Source of the DNA: Trichodelitschia bisporula
Lineage: Eukaryota
DNA length: 64,000 bases
Reading direction: 5' to 3'
NCBI GenBank assembly: GCA_010356995.1
Contig: ML996695.1
Location: 939,061 to 1,003,060, forward strand
Both the position numbers and the translations under genes were made by a program. Shown one piece after another: positions 62,072 through 64,000 of this stretch; within the stretch, counting starts at the first letter, position 1, and the number at the start of each line of letters is the position of its first letter. Under the pieces are notes generated by a model, which made no database searches, had not been told where the DNA came from, and saw only the letters and a program-made list of their open reading frames with translations.

Positions 62072-63582
62072 CTAAGTTTGACTCTTCACCATCCCGATCT
62101 TGAACACCGGACTCTCCATCGCCTTCTCCCAATCATGCAACATGTGCGTATTCGCTATGCTAAGCCTGACCTCCTCCCCGGCTCTCGCTCTCATCTCCCC
62201 TTCCCAAACCCCAACCTCCTTCCCTAACCCCTCCCCCGCCCTCTCTCCCCATCCTTTTACTATAGCCCCGACTAACCCCGCCGCGTCCGCCATGCTGTGA
62301 TTCAGCCCCTGCCCGCGCTGGTAGGTCATAACGTGCGCCGCATCCCCCGCGAGCGTGACCCGGCCCCCCGAGTCCCAGGTGTGTCCCTCGGCGCCGGGAT
62401 CCCATTCTGCCATCCCTACGGCCCAGACGCGCGCATCTTCGGGTAAATTCGCAAACGCCGTGCGCCAGGGCTCGGCGAAGGGCGCCTCACCTGCAAGTTT
62501 CTGCGCTTCAGAAGCGAGAATCTTGGGGTCGGTTGGTGCGGGCGCGTCGACGTGGAGGTTCGTGGTTGGCAGGGTTGGGCGGGAGATGTAGAAGAAGAAG
62601 AGCCAGGAGGATGGATCTTCGGGATCGGCGATGTGCTGCGCGCCTAGGAAGGAGAAGTATCCGCCTGGATGGACGCCGGCTAGATAGAGTGGGTGGGCTT
62701 CGCGGAGCTTCAGGGCGATGGGGGCGGGGAAGGAGGCTTGCGCGAAGGTTGCGGTTATGGGGAGATGGTTTAGTGAGGCCTTTTCGGCGCCTAGGAGGAG
62801 GGAGCGGACGGTGGAGCGCGGGCCGTCTGCGCCGATTATTAGGCGGGCGGAGGCGGAGGTGCCGTTTGTGAAGTGTGCGGTGCTGAAGGAGCGGTCCGGG
62901 GAGTGGGATATGTGGCTCAGTTGGTGGGAGAAGTGGATTGGGATATCGGTCGCGAGGAGCGTGCGCAGGGCGCGGCGGCGGAGGCGGTAGAAGTAAGGTA
63001 TGTTCATTGCGGTGAGCGGGGTGCCGGTTTCGGCGTTGAGGAAGGTGAGGGTGTCGAGGGGTTTCGTCGGGGTGTGAGGGTCGACTTGCGTGGTTTGGAG
63101 AAGGGAGATGATTGAGTCCGGGAGGAGGGATTGCAGGTGTGGCATGCCCCAGTGGAGACCCATGTTCCAGTCTCGCGGGTGGTGGGTTAGGGACGGGTGC
63201 TTTTCGTAGATGGTTACGGGGACGTTGGCCTGGTGGTTGTGTTGTTAGTTGGGGAGGGTGGAGAGGGCGAGGCTGAACGTACCTTCTTCAAGCCCTGCGC
63301 GATCGCGAGGCCCGTTGCACCTATACTCGTTAACACGGCGCAAAAGTCACACAGAGGGACTCTCAACCCACCAGCTCCAATAATGATAACCCTGTCCATG
63401 TCCGCACCTTCATTCTCGTCTACCCTCTCCGCGCCCGCCCCCTCACTCGACTCCCCACTCTCCCTCACCTCCCCTGCCGGCTGCCCCTTCGCCGCCTCCG
63501 CTGCTCCCTCCCTTTGCTTCGCTCGTGATTTCCCGCCGCCGAATAAGCCCATAACCGCATCAAACATGTCGCAGAACACCAT
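62072..63582 (-). CDS. FAD-dependent monooxygenase (salicylate hydroxylase-like group A)
   Basis: Introns 63321-63371 and 63230-63282 give VIIIGAGATGLAIAQGLKK, YEK, RDWNMGLHW, IGADGPRSTVR, VTLAGDAAHVMTYQRGQGLNH. Start codon uncertain. Confidence 0.88.
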
Positions 63583-64000
63583 GGCGGCAAGAAGTCCCCG
63601 CGCGGGGACAGCCGCGGCTTATGAGTGATCAGAAACGGGATGATTACAGTCCGCTGCGGGCGGCTAAAGCAGCTAGCACACTAGCTCTCACGTCGGCGTG
63701 GCGCACGCGGGACAGGCGGGTCGGTAAGCCGGGAGGATGATAACTTCGGGCGATAGCTCGCAGACCTCGGCGGAAGCTCTTCCTTTGCTCAGACGCTGTC
63801 GACAGCTGCAGAAAAGGTCTTCCAACAGCCAAAAACCAGAAAGCAGAAAGCAGAAAGCATGCAATCCGCACGACTCGCGTCCCACCCCAGGATAAATACG
63901 CCTGCCGCTCCTCGCAGAGCCCGACGCTGGGCGGCGGGGAAAGGAGACAATCGCCGCAGGCAATGACAATCGACACACCAAGCAACCGCCTCCTCCCCTC

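Noticed and set aside
1..64000. CRISPR arrays, prokaryotic defence systems, rRNA, tRNA, riboswitch or ribozyme, and transposons
   Set aside because: The DNA is eukaryotic and intron-containing, and none of the diagnostic motifs or repeat-spacer structures were seen by eye. A covariance-model scan would be needed to exclude small RNAs.

Overview
Gene-dense (roughly one gene per 2.7 kb) window from a filamentous ascomycete (Pezizomycotina; short 41-60 nt GT-AG introns with CTRAY branch sites). It is core chromosomal DNA with no transposon, CRISPR, rRNA or tRNA that I can support. I reconstructed 23 protein genes by hand: dynein intermediate chain (truncated), ATP synthase subunit e, Pso2/Snm1, Erg26, an alpha/beta hydrolase, an orphan gene, a CitE-like lyase, a D-2-hydroxyacid dehydrogenase, an FSH1 esterase, Atg6, an MFS transporter, Nop12, Dep1, a Cu P1B-ATPase, vezatin, Cct4, Ntr2, a GRF zinc-finger protein, Tvp38, a CCCH/Smr protein, Scm3-Myb, cysteine synthase 2, Hap3/HapC and an FAD monooxygenase, plus a U6 snRNA gene. 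The most interesting signals are in gene architecture. (1) The unusually long first intron of HAP3 contains an in-frame ATG that would give an alternative N-terminus replacing the conserved [10 protein letters not shown] segment. (2) A 3.8 kb microsatellite-rich region upstream of HAP3 carries intron-like signals on both strands. (3) ATG6 and SCM3 appear to use GC-AG introns. (4) Scm3 has a tandem 9x SQ array. Gene identities come from motif recognition, not database searches.
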